From IMG/VR virus record IMGVR_UViG_3300044615_001997: a DNA stretch of 64,000 bases; one strand, written 5' to 3'. The notes under the pieces were generated by a model, which saw only the letters and a program-made list of their open reading frames with translations, did not search any database and had not been told where the DNA came from. The stretch's first letter is position 1. Each line of letters begins with the position of its first letter. The translations under genes were made by a program, and so were the position numbers. The stretch is from a virus. Of this stretch, positions 63,984-64,000 are shown in pieces.

Positions 63984-64000
63984 ATGCACATGCCATTATA

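Noticed and set aside
1-64000. Alternative genetic code (TAG/TGA recoding, seen in some large phages)
   Set aside because: Genes are long and uninterrupted in the standard code, and TAG/TGA act as real stops (for example 1149, 22289, 36917)

Overview
This window is a 64-kb segment of an AT-rich, large myovirus-type (contractile-tailed) bacteriophage genome, read with the standard genetic code and almost entirely on the + strand. It opens with the 3' part of a bacterial-type RNA polymerase beta' (RpoC) gene. A head module follows (prohead protease with a Cys/His insert, scaffold/internal proteins dense in K-x-A motifs, decoration protein, major capsid protein), then neck genes, a 1040-aa tail sheath, tail tube, gp5/VgrG-like spike, tail chaperones with a -1 slippery site, a 1690-aa tape measure and baseplate genes with a sigma70-family factor embedded among them. 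A fibre cluster of five paralogues includes a 2937-aa Ig-repeat adhesin. Small early-type genes start at about 55.3 kb. The most unusual region is a ~2.2-kb protein-free, GC-richer island (56266-58457). It contains a sigma70 promoter-driven ~715-nt GOLLD-like RNA, a pistol-ribozyme-like element directly after it, and a run of further unclassified stem-closed RNA modules with pseudoknots or kissing loops, which together look like a polycistronic ncRNA operon. All family assignments come from motif recognition by eye; no searches were run.
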